DNA of 64,000 nucleotides from Cetorhinus maximus. Its lineage: Eukaryota. Below the pieces are notes generated by a model. The model was not told the origin of the DNA. It ran no database searches and was given only the letters and a program-made list of their open reading frames with translations. The stretch covers positions 214,396,001 to 214,460,000 of the forward strand of contig NC_135880.1 of NCBI RefSeq assembly GCF_964194155.1, in the 5' to 3' direction. The position numbers and the translations under genes were made by a program. This document shows, in pieces, positions 62,080 through 64,000 of this stretch (within the stretch, counting starts at the first letter, position 1; every line of letters begins with the position of its first letter).

Positions 62080-63570
62080 CAGAACTTGCCATGCCCCTAG
62101 CCAAGCTGTTCCAGTACAGCTACAACACTGGCATCTACCTGGCTATGTGGAAAATTGCCCAGGTATATCCTGTACACAAAAAGCAGGACAAATCCAATCC
62201 AGCCAATTACCATCCCATCAGTCTATTCTCAATCATCAGTTAAAAAATGGGAGGGGTCATCAACAGTGCTATCAAGCAGCACTTGCTTAACAATAACCTG
62301 CTCACTGATGCCCAGTTTGGGTTCTGCCAGGGCCACTCAGTTACTGACCTATTTACACCCTTGGTTCAAATACGGACAAAAGAGCTGAACTACTGAGGTG
62401 AGGTGAGAGTGACTGCCCTTGACATCAAGGCAGCATTTGACCAAGGCATCAAGGAGCCCTAGCAAAACTGGATTCGATGGGAATCAGGGGGAAACTCTCC
62501 ACTGGTTGGAGTTATACCTAGCACAAAGGAAGATGGTTGTGGTTGTTGAATGTCAGTCATCTCAGCTCCAGGACATCACTGCAGGAGTTCCTCAGGGTAG
62601 TGCCCTTGGCCCAGCCATCTTCAGGTGCTTCATCAATGACTTTCCTTCCATCATAAGGTCAGAAGTGGGGATGTTCACTGATGATTGCACAATGTTCAGC
62701 ACCATTGTTGACTCCTCAGATACTGAAGCAGTCCATGTCCAAATGCAGCAAGACCTGGACAGTATCCAGGCTTGGGCTGACAAGTGGCAAGTAATATTTG
62801 TGCCACATAAGTGCCATCTCCAACAAGAGAGAATCTAACCATCACCCCTTGATGTTCAATGGCATTACCATCACTGATTCCCCCACTATCAACATCCTGG
62901 GGGTCACCAATGACCAGAAACTGAACTGGACTGGCCATATAAATACTGTGGCTACAAAAGCCAGTCAGAGGCTAGAAATCCTGCGATGAGTAATCCACCT
63001 CCTGGCTCCCCAAAGCCCGTCCACAATCTACAAGGCACAAGTCAGGTATGTGATGGAATACTCCCCACTTGCCTGAATAAGTGCAGCTCCCAAGAAGCTG
63101 GACTCTCAAGAACACTCGAGCAGCTCGACACCACCCATGACAAAGCAGCCGGCTTTTTTGGCACCCCATTCACAAACGTTCATTCCATCCACCACCGACG
63201 CACAGTGGCAGCTGTGTATACCATCTACAAGATGCACTGCAGGGTTTCACCAAGGCTCCTTCGACAGCACCTCCCAAACCCATGACCACTATCATTTAGA
63301 AGAACAAAGGCAGCAAATAGATGGGAACACCACCACCTGGAAGTGCCCCTCCAAGCCACTCACCATCCTGACTTGGAAATATATCACCGTTCCTTCACTG
63401 TCACATGGCCAAAATCCTGAAAGTCCCTCCCTAACAGCACTGTGGGTGTACCTACACCACATGAACTGCAGCGGTTCAAGAAAGCAGCTCATTACCACCT
63501 TCTCAAGGGCAACTAGGGGTGGGCAATGAATGCTGGCCAGTCAGCGAAGACCTCATCCCATGAATGAATG
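62080..63570 (+). mobile_element. CR1-clade LINE, 5'-truncated RT plus 3' tail
   Basis: ALDIKAAFD, AGVPQGSALGP, MFTDDCT; tail catcccatgaatgaatg. Frameshifted. Confidence 0.92.
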
Positions 63571-64000
63571 GGGAAAAAAACAGCTATGTGAATATTTGTT
63601 TAGCCTTCACCTGCTAACTTAAGATGAGAATTTTTTCCCCCATTTACAAATTTGCAGTGTGTTAATCTGACTTTGTCAATTTTTCTGGCCTTTTGTCAAA
63701 TACGCACATTAAAAATGATTTTTCTTGTCCACAGGTAAATTATAACATGCCCGGATTGCTGAGTGTGTGATATGCGGCCTTTTAATTTTTCAGTGATATG
63801 TCACAGGTTGAGTGGATCATTATGAACCTGTCACTGCTGGATCTCTGTATCTAAATACCACTAATCTCTCAGCAAAGTTGCACCTGAACTTTTCCAACGT
63901 AATGCACCATAAAATCCTCTGTGTCAGGTACAGAATAGAGCAAAAACTATCAACCTGACAATCACTTCAGTGTTGACACCAGTTGAAACAGTGGAAGATT

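Noticed and set aside
63735-64000. Possible coding exon after a strong acceptor
   Set aside because: All three frames hit stops within the visible sequence; at most a UTR exon, and it cannot be supported here.
1-64000. CRISPR arrays, rRNA, prokaryotic operons
   Set aside because: No regularly spaced repeats or such genes were seen; the sequence is eukaryotic repeat-rich DNA.

Overview
This window is repeat-dense vertebrate genomic DNA, almost certainly from a cartilaginous fish (shark-type CR1 LINEs, Deu-core SINEs and Penelope elements). It is probably intronic or intergenic, and I found no intact host protein-coding gene. Main contents: (i) three decayed two-gene PIF/Harbinger DNA transposons, each with a HARBI1-like DDE transposase convergent with a spliced Myb/SANT-like gene, at ~12.2-16.4 kb, ~17.4-29.1 kb and ~45.9-50.1 kb; (ii) many Harbinger-type MITEs with GGGC-start TIRs, several with 3-bp TSDs; (iii) two two-LTR Gypsy-type retrotransposons (17616-23559 minus; 36074-39700 plus), both lacking reverse transcriptase; (iv) a young 5'-truncated Penelope element plus several ~80-140 bp Penelope 3'-end insertions, some with a minimal hammerhead ribozyme; (v) many CR1-clade LINE and tRNA-derived SINE fragments. 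The most notable observation is in the first Gypsy element: the RT/RNase H region is replaced by ~590 bp encoding a coiled coil that resembles the host gene UACA, which suggests gene capture by an LTR retrotransposon. All protein similarities were recognised by eye or from memory and need database confirmation. Boundaries marked ~ are approximate.
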